In this document: positions 27,701-38,088 of the stretch, piece after piece
How positions within the stretch are numbered: position 1 is the first letter of the stretch
Layout of the letters: each line of letters begins with the position of its first letter
Assembly (NCBI GenBank): GCA_032718475.1
Contig: JAUCBJ010003170.1
Coordinates: 6,657 to 70,656, forward strand
Length of the DNA: 64,000 bases
Source: Nemertoderma westbladi
Lineage: Eukaryota > Animalia > Xenacoelomorpha
Reading direction: 5' to 3'
Program-made: the position numbers and the translations under genes
The notes under the pieces: generated by a model
Told to the model about the DNA's origin: nothing
Databases searched by the model: none
Seen by the model: only the letters and a program-made list of their open reading frames with translations

Positions 27701-28989
27701 CGGTCCCCCCCCCCAGAACTTTACTCCCCAGAGGAAACTCCAGTACTCATTTAGCTACCACTTAAAGATGCAAGGCATATGCGCCCTGGCTGGTCCCTTT
27801 ACAGCATTCGTGCCGAAACGAAAACTGCCCTGGCCCAAGTGAGGATCGAACCCACGACCTACATGAGATGTGAATTCAATGCAACCACTACACCAAGGTG
27901 GAATCCAAGGATGGAACAAAATCGAACTTGTAGTAATTTTCACAAAATTCCCCGTGTCTAACCTTTGAGTAAAACCACTATAATTATAGAACGCCTTGGG
28001 CCAGCCGCCAATTATACACGTTCGTGAGGCCTTCGCGCAGCACGAAATGTGCATAGCCTTTAGCATATGGGTACCATTAACGAGTTGTCTTCCGTTAGTC
28101 AGAAGCCTTCAACACAATACTCGTCCTCCTCTTGTGCCTCGTTGCGTGCCTTCGTTTTTGACCAAACTTCAGATTCTTTCTAAACTTTTCCGGACTACAT
28201 ACATACCAAGTTTCGTCAAGGAATAACCGAGTTATTAGCGATCAAAAATTTACGACGACGACAGACAACTCGCCAATGGCACCCATATGCTAAGGCTTCG
28301 CTCACTTCGTGGCTAGCCCCACAAGTATCCTCACTGATTAGGGTGTACATTCCTTACCAAACGCGGACTCAGACCCGGGGGTGTTGGCGCGGTTCGGCAG
28401 GGAGGGGTAGTACAGTAGTATGCTCCATACACCACAGAGACTGTTTCTGTGTTGGGGTTGGCAAAGTACAATTTTCATTTTAAGTTTCCCTCTTACATTT
28501 GTTGCCTAGTAACGTCAGCTGCTGGTGGTTATTGTTTAACATTATCTGAATTTTGTAAGTTTTTATTATCTATGTAAGTAAATGAGATTTATGAGGTTAA
28601 AAAACATTCCTTACCCCTTGCTTACCACATGCATAGGCCTACAGTAGATTTTCAAATACCTCTATATCCTGCAGTACTATATCCCCTCCTCGTACGTTCA
28701 TATACGTCATTAGCTTGTCTGATGATTTGCGCTCTTCTTGGCTGAGCATCCCAAAGAACTTACTGAATCCCCGGAGGGCCACATCGTGTCGATCAAAATA
28801 GAACGCCATGAACTGGAAGGTGTAACCAACGTGTAACTGAAGATTAACAAGTTTATTGAATGCCACTTCTGTTTCCTCATTGAAGTTTTGGCGACATTTC
28901 GTTGGAACCACTACTTCTATGTTTTGGGTACTGAAGTTTTGGCGACATTTCGTTGGAACCGGTACATCTGTGTTTGGGCAAACACCCAC
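12742..28989 (-). CDS. Ferritin subunit (exons ~28989-28660 and 13074-12742; true start not found)
   Basis: CRQNF...NKLVNLQLHVGYTFQFMAFYFDRHDVALRGFSKFF...RGGDIVLQDIE joins in phase 0 (GTATTT...TTTAG) to KPKKNEWSNASQAMEEALQWEK...DPQSCNFL...GPGVGEYVYDK, the two halves of a ferritin. Confidence 0.85.
13903..14096. repeat. 14-bp tandem repeat CAGACTCTCAGTTR
   Basis: About 13 visible copies. Confidence 0.9.
14615..14790 (-). mobile_element. 5'-truncated copy of a tRNA-derived SINE
   Basis: Near-identical to 27625-27795 (GACGACTTATTTCCAGTGCGGTCCCC...GAGGAAACTCCAGTACTCATTTAGCTACC) with a (TTTAC)n tail on the minus strand. Confidence 0.75.
16072..16240 (+). mobile_element. Short insertion with a hammerhead-like motif; probable Penelope-like pseudo-LTR relic
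   Basis: 12-bp direct repeat ATACTAACAATA at 16060-16071 and 16241-16252; internal CTGAAGA-C-GGGTG-TGA-CGCCC-GAAA-TGCG-TA. Confidence 0.55.
16462..17904 (-). CDS. HNMT: Histamine N-methyltransferase-like, copy 2 (exons 17904-17799, 17535-17351, 17061-16462), nested in the ferritin intron
   Basis: Same exon 1 and 2 lengths (106, 185 nt) and near-identical protein to copy 1; reading frames intact. Confidence 0.87.
17180..17293. mobile_element. Collapsed 114-bp remnant of the foldback element at 5699-6696
   Basis: Same TSD CACACGAC and same termini at the homologous intron position of HNMT copy 2. Confidence 0.8.
19540..22170 (+). mobile_element. Decayed, 5'-truncated non-LTR retrotransposon ORF2 (CR1/L2/Crack-like reverse transcriptase)
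   Basis: Fragments NYRGITLLS, QAGFRPGYSTVDHIF, FIDFRKAFD, QGESLS, LLYADD, YGAEVWG and C-terminal HQLEVERGRW...CQMC...EDEFHFL, broken by stops and frameshifts. Confidence 0.92.
23530..23790. repeat. Dispersed repeat, second copy at about 52790-53080
   Basis: Shared CTATTGGA.GTTTCGCCAT.ATGGATTACAGTACA...GCTGTTAAGTTGACATAATGTAACAAAAT. Confidence 0.7.
26831..28328. mobile_element. Pair of ~180-bp inverted repeats (26831-27020 / 28150-28328) enclosing a SINE
   Basis: TTGTGGGGCGAGCCACGAAGTGAGCGAAG...GGTCAAAAACGAA and its reverse complement. Either one foldback element or two opposite insertions of one family. Confidence 0.7.
27625..27900 (-). mobile_element. Near full-length tRNA-derived SINE
   Basis: Minus strand has A box TGGTGTAGTGG, B box GGTTCGATCC, a body shared with two other copies in the window and a TTTAC-type tail. 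Confidence 0.82.
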
Positions 28990-31148
28990 CCAAATTTATC
29001 TAATATGATCAAATCTAGCTAGTTGTTGTTACTTTTTAGAAGTTTTTTTGTACTGGGCACTCTACTATAGCTTGTGTGATAATTTCTGAATATTTTTGAT
29101 TAACCACATATTGCAGTTCCTTCCACATCATTTTATTGGAATTTTTCCTGAATCTGCTTGTCTGGCACTCGAATTAGTGGTGGTTAGTAATTTTTTATGG
29201 TAGCTAGTGTTTTTTAAGGCACATAGACAGACACATAGCATATAAACACAAATCACTATCACTGTACAAAGGGCAGGGGGATTATTCATATGCAGTCACT
29301 GATGCGCATGCAGTTATCGGGGATAGAGGGGGCTTGGTCCTATGCAATGACTAAATGAATTCGGCTGGTACCAGCTTCACCGATATACTCCTTTTTACGA
29401 TTTAATCGATCTGATTATAAAGTACTGTACTACCAATAAGTTTATAAATATTTATTACTAGCTACGTTACATTAAAACACCAGCTACGAAAAGATTACTA
29501 GCTACAGTAGCTACCTAGCAATACCACAAAATCGAATGCGAGTCATCATTTCCCAAAAAAATATTTGGCTAGAGTTCCGTATAGAATTGCATTTTTAAAT
29601 CATATGTCATTGTTACTATGGCAACATTGAAGAGTTCTAGAACAATAGAAAAGTATTATATACTATTCTACAACATAAATAAAATGAAAAATATAATGTT
29701 CTAGAACATATCTAGTTTTTTTTTAATTTTAAAATAGCTCGTAAATTAAAAAAAATATCCAATTTGGTAGATAAATTTTCTAATAGGTAAATAATATAAA
29801 TAAATATTTTTTTTTGTATTACTAGATATTTTAAATTTGAAAAATAACTAGCTATATGTTCTAGAACAATATATTATTTGTATTATTTACGCTCTAGAAT
29901 AGTGTATAATGCATATAATATGACATAAATAAGATAAAAAATAATAATGTTCTAAAACATATAGCTAGTTCTTTAATTTTAAAATAGTATTTTTTTTAAA
30001 TGGTATTTTTTCCGATTTTGTGTTCATCAATATAGTTAGTGATAACATTATGTTATGGTAGCTAGTAATTTTTGTGGTAGATAGTATAATTATTTGGCTA
30101 GAGTTCCACCCGTCCCCCCATTTTAATTTTATACCAAAATGTACAAGTTTGCTAGCTGCTACCTTTTAGTGTTTGTGTAAAGTGTTCTATAACATTCCAT
30201 AATAGTTTTTTTAATTATGATATGATCTAGAGTTAAATTTTGTTCTGTTTTAGAACATTTTTAAAAAGTTGAAAAATTTTATTTTATTTATTTTTTATTA
30301 ATTCAATGATATTGTATCCAACATTTCCATACATCTTTGAACAGTATTTGATTTAATCAACAGGGTAGGGTGCTTTTATTTCTTTTATTATCTCCATGAA
30401 TGGATTTTTTCCCTCTTTTATTCTCATTTGAAGACGCCAGAGGTATTCTACTCTATCATTGTAACATTGAATTTTTCTGCATACTCCTGACTTTTGTTGC
30501 ACTTGGATAGCTCATTGTATATCTTGTTGATTTTCTGATTTTCTTGCGCACTTGTCTTTTTATTTCCTTCAACTTTTTGACAGTTTTTTACTTTGCAAGT
30601 AACAAAATATTCTAGAATGTCATGTTTCATTAGATACTGCATCTTTTATTTTTTGAAAAAAATAAAACTGCGCTAAAAAATAGCAGTCAATTTTTTATTC
30701 ATTATTTTATTATTATATTAATAATAAAATATTGACTTAAAATTTACTAGCTATTTTTTAGCGCAGTTTTATTTTTTACATTTTTAAATTTTTTGCGGCC
30801 CTCGTTCTATTATTTCCCTCGCTGTCGCTCGGGAAACAAAATCACTCGTGCCGTAAAGCTATAATGTGCTATTTTATGAACAATGACGTATATAGTTATT
30901 ATAGCACCGTGTCCTATAATAAAATAATGTTGTTCTCTTTAATATGTTAATTATGATTTTTTTTAACAACTATTGGAATAGCTGTTCTGGTTATTCCTTG
31001 GTAACATACCCATAGATTGAGCAAAAGAAATCGCACTGTCTTGGGAGTAGACAATTTCAGCAACATTAAAATCGCGACATTATTTTCTTTGCCTTTCATG
31101 AAAAAATGTTCTGACACTGGTCTAATATTTTAAGGCCATAACAGCATT

Positions 31149-31260
31149 CATGGCCGGATTAAGCAATAGGCTAACAAGGCTGAGCTTTGGGGCCCCCGAA
31201 CTTTAGGGGCCCCAAGATGGTCGTTAGCCTAGGGGCCCCCAAAACCTTAATTCGGACCTG
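31149..31260. mobile_element. hAT-type MITE
   Basis: 8-bp TSD ACAGCATT on both sides; imperfect TIR CATGGCCGGATTAAG / CTTAATTCGGACCTG. Confidence 0.75.
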
Positions 31261-32035
31261 ACAGCATTTACTACTTAGGCGTATATATTTAAATGTACTG
31301 AAGGTAATGGTTAATGAAGAAAATGTTCTAGAATACTACAGTATTTGCTCATAGTTTAAAACCGCAAAAAAATAAATGCAAAAAATAAAGGTTCTGGACT
31401 CCCCGTACCACCAGGTACCATCAGTGTACTGGGTAAGCGTAACACTGTACTGGGTAACAAACATTCCTCGATCCACGTTGAACACGGAATAATGTCCAAC
31501 GTATCGAGGGTTTTCCGATTAAGCAAAGACTGTGTTCTAGAACAATAATTAATCAAAACAGCGAAAAGCTAGCCTGAAAAAAAAACAAGTGAAGGGTGAA
31601 GGCAAAGTAAAGCCAAGAAACACAGTACAGTAGTAGCTAACAACATTTATGTATTCTAGAACAATATTTCTAAACAAAATAATAGATGATATGTTTTAGA
31701 ACATTTTCAAAAAACAAAGTAACAAAAAATTAGCTAGTATAAAAAATTTGGAGGGGCGTGTGCCAAAAACACAGTACCCATTTCGGGTACTACTGTCACA
31801 TTACAGTAGGTCCCATTTCGTAGGCATATTTAACCCCTGACATAATTATAGCGAATTAACGAATTTGCGTAAAGCGCTTGAATATTATGTTGTTAGGATC
31901 GTTTGAAAATTGTTTATAATTCGCTATTTGTGTCGTTTCTACAGTATAATTTGATGTTCTAGATTATCATTTTATAGTTTCTTATGTTAACCATTTTACA
32001 GGAAATTGAGTTTAAATTTACTATTGTAACATCTG

Positions 32036-33963
32036 GGGTATATCTTTTGCGTAGAGGTATAGCCTACATAGAGGCTTCATGTAGGTATGTGTAGCCTACA
32101 TGTAGCTGCACGTGTAGGGTGAATGTAGGTAGGTGTAGTCCCATAGATATTAATGTAATTTATGAGTCAACTTGCAGTAACGTGATACACGGTCGTCAAT
32201 CAGGATGTATGGCAATAATCTCTGATCTCCACGGTACAATACGGTACATCAACCTGCAGACCTGTCTGCTGTCAGACAACAGGTTTTACTGCATACTGCA
32301 GTACTGTATAAATATCAAACATCGCGTTCTGATTATACTAAAGTCCCTTAAGGCCATGATACACCACAGGAGCGGCGAGCGGCAGCAGCCATTTGTGGTG
32401 TATCATCACCCATAGAAAATAATGTGTTCTATTTTTAAAAAGTGGCCGCTTGCCGCGGCCGCTCGCCGCTGCCGCTCGCCGCTCCTGTGGTGTATCATGG
32501 CCTTTACTCGTCATAAATATTATGCCCTAATAAATTTGAGTATGCTAACGCCACGAAAGGCATCGTTCCATTAGATTAACTCGTTCTGATTTATATGTTT
32601 ATTGAGTAAGAGTAACCTAAACAAGAACAGCCATCATCGCGGGGACTATAGTCTACCAGAAACCCTGACCCCCCTCTGCCCCTCTTTATATGTTTATCAA
32701 CCATACATCCATGGGACTTGAACAGTACTTCAGCATTGAAATGTTTTGGACGTTTTGTTTTGAAAGTAAAAATATAGAAGTCTGGAAGTTTTGTTTGTTT
32801 TAATTTTTCAGGCAGTCACATTCCACCAACCAGCAACAGTCCCATCCCTTCCCACTATCCCGCGGACCACCACTGTTTCATTATAAAGTATTCCCATCTC
32901 GATGATGGGAATTAATCAGTAATCCGATGGGATTCAAATCCCATCTCGAAGTAACAGCAAAACAATAACACGAAAGTCATAATAGCTTTACATTACAGTT
33001 ATATTTGATTGCATTGAAAGTTAATAGAAAGAAGAAGTTAAATTGCATATCCATTAAAATATCATGAAATTGATACGGCAGTTTAGTAGATTAAAACGGC
33101 CACAGCAAGATTTATAAAATGAAAAATAAGTAAAATCAGCACAGCACACAATATTATCAATATAGACATTGAAGACAATTTAATAAACAAATACTATAAA
33201 AAAATATCTACTAACAATCAATACATGATATATATAATATATATACATCAGCGACTACCATCGCCACTCTGGTTCAATCAGTCAGTCCGGTATCATTGTT
33301 AGCGTTCTGTTGAATTACCCACTCATCCTCAGACCCTCATGGACACGGTCGACGAGCTCTAACCCTAACCGTTAGTCAATTCCTCCTTGACTGGAAACAT
33401 CAGGTTCGGGCCGTTCGGCCCATACAAAGTCATTAGCCTCCATGCCTGAACCAGCAGGATCATAAGATCTACAGTATGTATCGGTATATCGTTCAGTCGT
33501 TTTTTCCTTTGTCAGTACTGTAGTATTGATAGGCTCCTTCTCGCGGGTATTCAGGGGACCCCCATTCGACGTATTCGCATCTCCTCCTGGTTGTTTCGGG
33601 TACCACCGCCCGCCATATGCGCATCTCTTCGTGGTTGTTCCGGGTACCACCCCCGATCGCCGCATTCGCATCTCATCGAGGAAGTTCGGGTCCGGGTACC
33701 CCGTGTAGGCCTATTCATTCATCATTGTTGTTTTTAAAGACCTACCTACACCTACCTACATTCACCCTACACGTGCAACTACATGTAGGCTACACATACC
33801 TACATGTAGCCTCTATGTAGGCTATACCTCTACGCAAAAGTTATACCCAGCTAGGGGTACCTACACCTACCTACATTCACCCTACACGTGCAACTACATG
33901 TAGGCTACACATACCTACATGTAGCCTCTATGTAGGCTATACCTCTACGCAAAAGTTATACCC
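32036..33963. mobile_element. Non-autonomous Mutator-like element with ~105-bp TIRs (right TIR duplicated)
   Basis: 9-bp TSD TAACATCTG at 32027-32035 and 33964-33972; TIR GGGTATA...TTTTGCGTAGAGGTATAGCCTACATAGAGGCT, inverted copies at about 33744-33850 and 33857-33963. Confidence 0.82.
32351..32503. mobile_element. PIF/Harbinger MITE nested in the Mutator-like element
   Basis: TIR AGGCCATGATACACCACAGGAGCGGCGAGCGGC, TTA duplication on both sides. Confidence 0.82.
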
Positions 33964-35860
33964 TAACATCTGCCCGGAGCTACCCTTAAAATTCAAAAAA
34001 TAGTTTAATAATAATTACGAATATGATTATATATATTTTGTTTGGAAATCGTAAGCGTTAGTATATAGGCTTATCTACTACGATAGCTTTCTGTATGTCC
34101 CCTAATTTTTGGTATCGGAGTATCGTACTCGTACTTTGTTTGACCCCCATTTTTTGTTAAATTGAGAAATTGGTGGGACATATGGCACTCTTCCCAAACT
34201 ATATAAATAGTCTTATTCACAAAACCTACATGACGTACATTTTCCGCACACAGTCCGGCAGCATCAGCACAGTGATCAACCGTGCAATATTATCAGTTTC
34301 ATAACCACAATACCATACTAATCGATATTAGGGAGGGTGTCGTAACCACAATACCATACTAATCGATATTAGGGAGGGTGTCGCTCTCTCAGCCTCGCGA
34401 GCAATTTGAATAAAACGTGTTTCCATTTCAACAGCGACTGAGACCCTAGCAACCGAAGTTAGCAACCACTGTTATAAACACTCAGTATCTAGAGTATTCA
34501 CACCAAATTGGTCTCTATCGATGATTATCGTGAACCGAAGATTACCGCCCTAACAATGGTTGCCAGGGTAACAGTTATTTGAGAATGAGGTCATCGAATT
34601 CGCAATCATTGGTTTAGTTAAGTTTGGGGTAAATCCTGTAACCATTGTGTGTTTAAAACATGACTAAACACCCCGGTAACCATGGTAACACGATTTATGA
34701 TAAATGCTCAAGGTTGTAGGGGCGACACCCTCATAAATATTGTTTTGTAGGGTCTAATGAGTACTAAACCGATGAAGCACTACATTTATTTTTATGCACT
34801 ACATGTTTAAAACATTTGTTACTATGGCAACGTTGATGACTCTAGAACAATTGAAAATTATTATATGCTATTCTAGAATATAAATAAAATAGAAAATATA
34901 ATGTTCTAGAACATATAGCTAGTTTTTTAATTTAAAATAGCTAGTAAATTAAAAACTTTAATTAACTTTAAATAAATTTTTGAATACTTTTACATTAATG
35001 TTGATTATAGAGTTTTTGTATACCGATGTAACTAATTAGTTTATTTATTCATTGGGTATTAGTTTTTGTTGACCTTTCCCCTTTAATATCTCATGGAATC
35101 CGTTGAATTTTCCTTTTCTAATCTGTTGCCTCCACATCTATTCAGTCAGTTTTTCGGAGTATTTATTTTCATAGTTAATGCACTCATCACACAAAGGGTG
35201 TCGCATATTTTTCTTATTTTTCAACGTACCGGTCTTGTCTTTTAATTCCCTTAATTTGACTTTTTCGCATTTCGCACCCCAAAAATTTTTTGAATAATTT
35301 TTTTAATTACTAGCAATTTGAAATTTGAAATATGACTAGCTATAAATCCAAAATCTATGCATTTTGCTCCCGGACTGTAACCAAAAGCTATTGTTAGTAT
35401 TTTTATTCACATCAACCCTTTTCTGCATGGAAACAAACAATGCTATTGGATTCCAGGTTCTTCCGGTGGTGAATTATTATTCTATAATTCTACATAGCTA
35501 CTATATTATTATGTATTTAATAGGCTTCCTAACAAATTTACTCTTAAGCTCTTTAATCTCATAAAGTAAGGCTAAGTAACGTGAAGTAAAGTCTTCTGAT
35601 CAGACAATTATGGAAGGGAAAAATAGTAAAGAAAATGATTACGATTCCTACGTAATCTGCGCTCGTAGTGAACCTGCAGACTCGGAAAAGGAAACGGTTA
35701 GTTACAGTAGTTAAGTTGTTCAATTATTTACAATTATACCTTTCGTCGCTCTATTCAATATATCACAATATTCTGGAATATGTTGTTTATCTCATAAGTA
35801 GATGGGCAACAATGCAATGCATATAATTATAAACTAGTACATGGATATTCAGGTTGGGTG

Positions 35861-35940
35861 CAATCTTCGCCCGCGTCCAATCTTCGCCCGCGTCCAATCT
35901 TCGCCCGCGTCCAATCTTCGCCCGCGTCCAATCTTCGCCA
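35861..35940. repeat. 18-bp tandem repeat CAATCTTCGCCCGCGTC(C)
   Basis: About 4.5 visible copies. Confidence 0.9.
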
Positions 35941-37530
35941 ACGAGTGGGCGTGCGAAGTTTGCTGCGAACCGATATTCATACATAAACAAAATGTGTTCT
36001 ATACTAGAACATTTTAAACTTGTATTTATTAGATATAATAAATGACCTGCAGTGGAAGCAAATACATGCAACAACTTTGGAATGCCCATATTTCAGCTAT
36101 TTCCCAACCAAATTTACATTATTTGGAATCCTTGCACGGTCAGCTTTCTATCAGTACCAACAAATCACTATAAGGTTGTTGAAGAATAACTGCGGTGTAA
36201 CTCGGTGCAATATCGACGGAGACACTTTTTTCAAATGCTTGTAGCTAAAGATTGAAAGCGAAAATAAAAATGCTGGCTCACCCACTAAGGAGGAGAGAGA
36301 TGACAACTATCTCTGTTTCATATTTTATGCAATCTCACGATTTGTGGATAGATTTGGGGGGGTCAGGCCAAGTTATCCAATACTACCAGTACAAGAACCG
36401 GTTCTGCAGAATGTTATAAATTAATAAGAAATAATAATAAAATAATAAGAATAAACAATTAGCAAAGAATACAATTCAAATGGGGGTAAACACTATGGCA
36501 ACAATATTAGTTATAGAACACCATATAAATGTTATTTAACTATTCTAGAACATAAATAAAATAAAAAAAATAATGTTATAGAACATGTAGCTAGTTAATT
36601 TTAAATTAGCTAGTAATTTTAAAAAATTTAGATTTCAACTTTTAACAATTTGTTGCCAAATGTTTTAACATTTTTATAGTTTAATAAATATTAGCTCGTA
36701 AAAAAAACACTATGCTACCATAAAAACTACAAATCTACTAATGTTCTATAACACTTACCATTACCGGTACCAATAATAAAAATCTAAAAAATACCGTTTT
36801 TTAATTTAAAAAATGGTCACACCAGCTATACCTATGTTATAAAACAATCTTAAAAATTACTAGCTACCTGAAATTATAACATTTATAACAATAAATTTAA
36901 TAAATTAATTAAATACTAGCTATTTTGAATTTTAAAAATTATTAGCTATATGTTCTAGAACATTATATTTTATTTAATTTATGTTCTAGAATAGTCAAAT
37001 AACATTTATATGGTGTATGGTGTACACAGTAACAATGATTTATGTTTAAAAAGTGTAGTGGCATAAGGAACCTAAACAATAAACAACCATGGAATTATTC
37101 ACAAAAAATTGATTTTATCTAATATAATTTAATGTGATTATCCTACTTTATTCCACACCCTCGCAAATACCTTCAAGTTGCCGTAAAAGTTGAGCAACTT
37201 TTACAGCATCTTTTTTGTTTTACAGTAACTTCGTGTTTGCACCGAGCAACTTGATCGGCTAGTTTGTTGATGGCCACTAGCAACTAGCCCAATCGGCTAG
37301 TTGCTCTACAACTTTCTTAAAAAGTTGCCACGTGTAAACAACGTGTCAACTTAATGAAAGTTACAATATTTTTTAAATTTCAAAAAATACTAGCTATTAA
37401 AAAAACACTAGCTACCATAAAAGATATCTACTAATATTCTAGAACATTCACCAATATCAAAAAAGTACTAAAAAACACTAAAAAATGACTCGTAAAAAAA
37501 ATGGCAGGAGGAAGTGTAGAGAGGGCGAAG

Positions 37531-37949
37531 TAGTAGGCCTACCTTTTACTCCCTAGAGGGAGGACACAAGTAGGCCTACCCTTTACTCCCTAGAGGGAGG
37601 ACACAAGTAGGCCTACCCTTTATTCCCTAGAGGGAGGACACAAGTAGGCCTACCCTTTATTCCCTAGAGGGAGGACACAAGTAGGCCTACCCTTTACTCC
37701 GTTGAGGGAGGACACAAGTAGGCCTACCCTTTACTCCCTAGAGGGAGGACACAAGTAGGCCTACCCTTTATTCCCTAGAGGGAGGACACAAGTAGGCCTA
37801 CCCTTTACTCCCTAGAGGGAGGACACAAGTAGGCCTACCCTTTACTCCCTAGAGGGAGGACACAAGTAGGCCTACCCTTTACTCCCTAGAGGGAGGACAC
37901 AAGTAGGCCTACCCTTTACTCCGTAGAGGGAGGACACAAGTAGGCCTAC
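37531..37949. repeat. 37-bp minisatellite AAGTAGGCCTACCCTTTACTCCCTAGAGGGAGGACAC
   Basis: About 11 head-to-tail copies, no spacers. Confidence 0.95.
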
Positions 37950-38088
37950 TCCATTTTCTCCCGATTTTGGTACATATTCGAGCGAAATAGTAATCAATTA
38001 AAGAATAAAAGTATTATCTACCAAGATCAATGCAAGATTTATGGATTATAATGTCATTGTCAATGTCATTGTTGTCCTTTATTTACAG

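Noticed and set aside
27838-27900. tRNA-like A/B boxes (a weaker set also near 63010-63070)
   Set aside because: No complete cloverleaf; the first is a SINE head, the second too degenerate to call.
29285-29312. CAGTGA loop upstream of ferritin as a possible iron-responsive element
   Set aside because: The upper stem has a mismatch at the closing pair and there is no proper lower stem with a bulged C.
37531-37949. 37-bp palindromic repeats resembling a CRISPR array
   Set aside because: No spacers, no cas genes, eukaryotic context.
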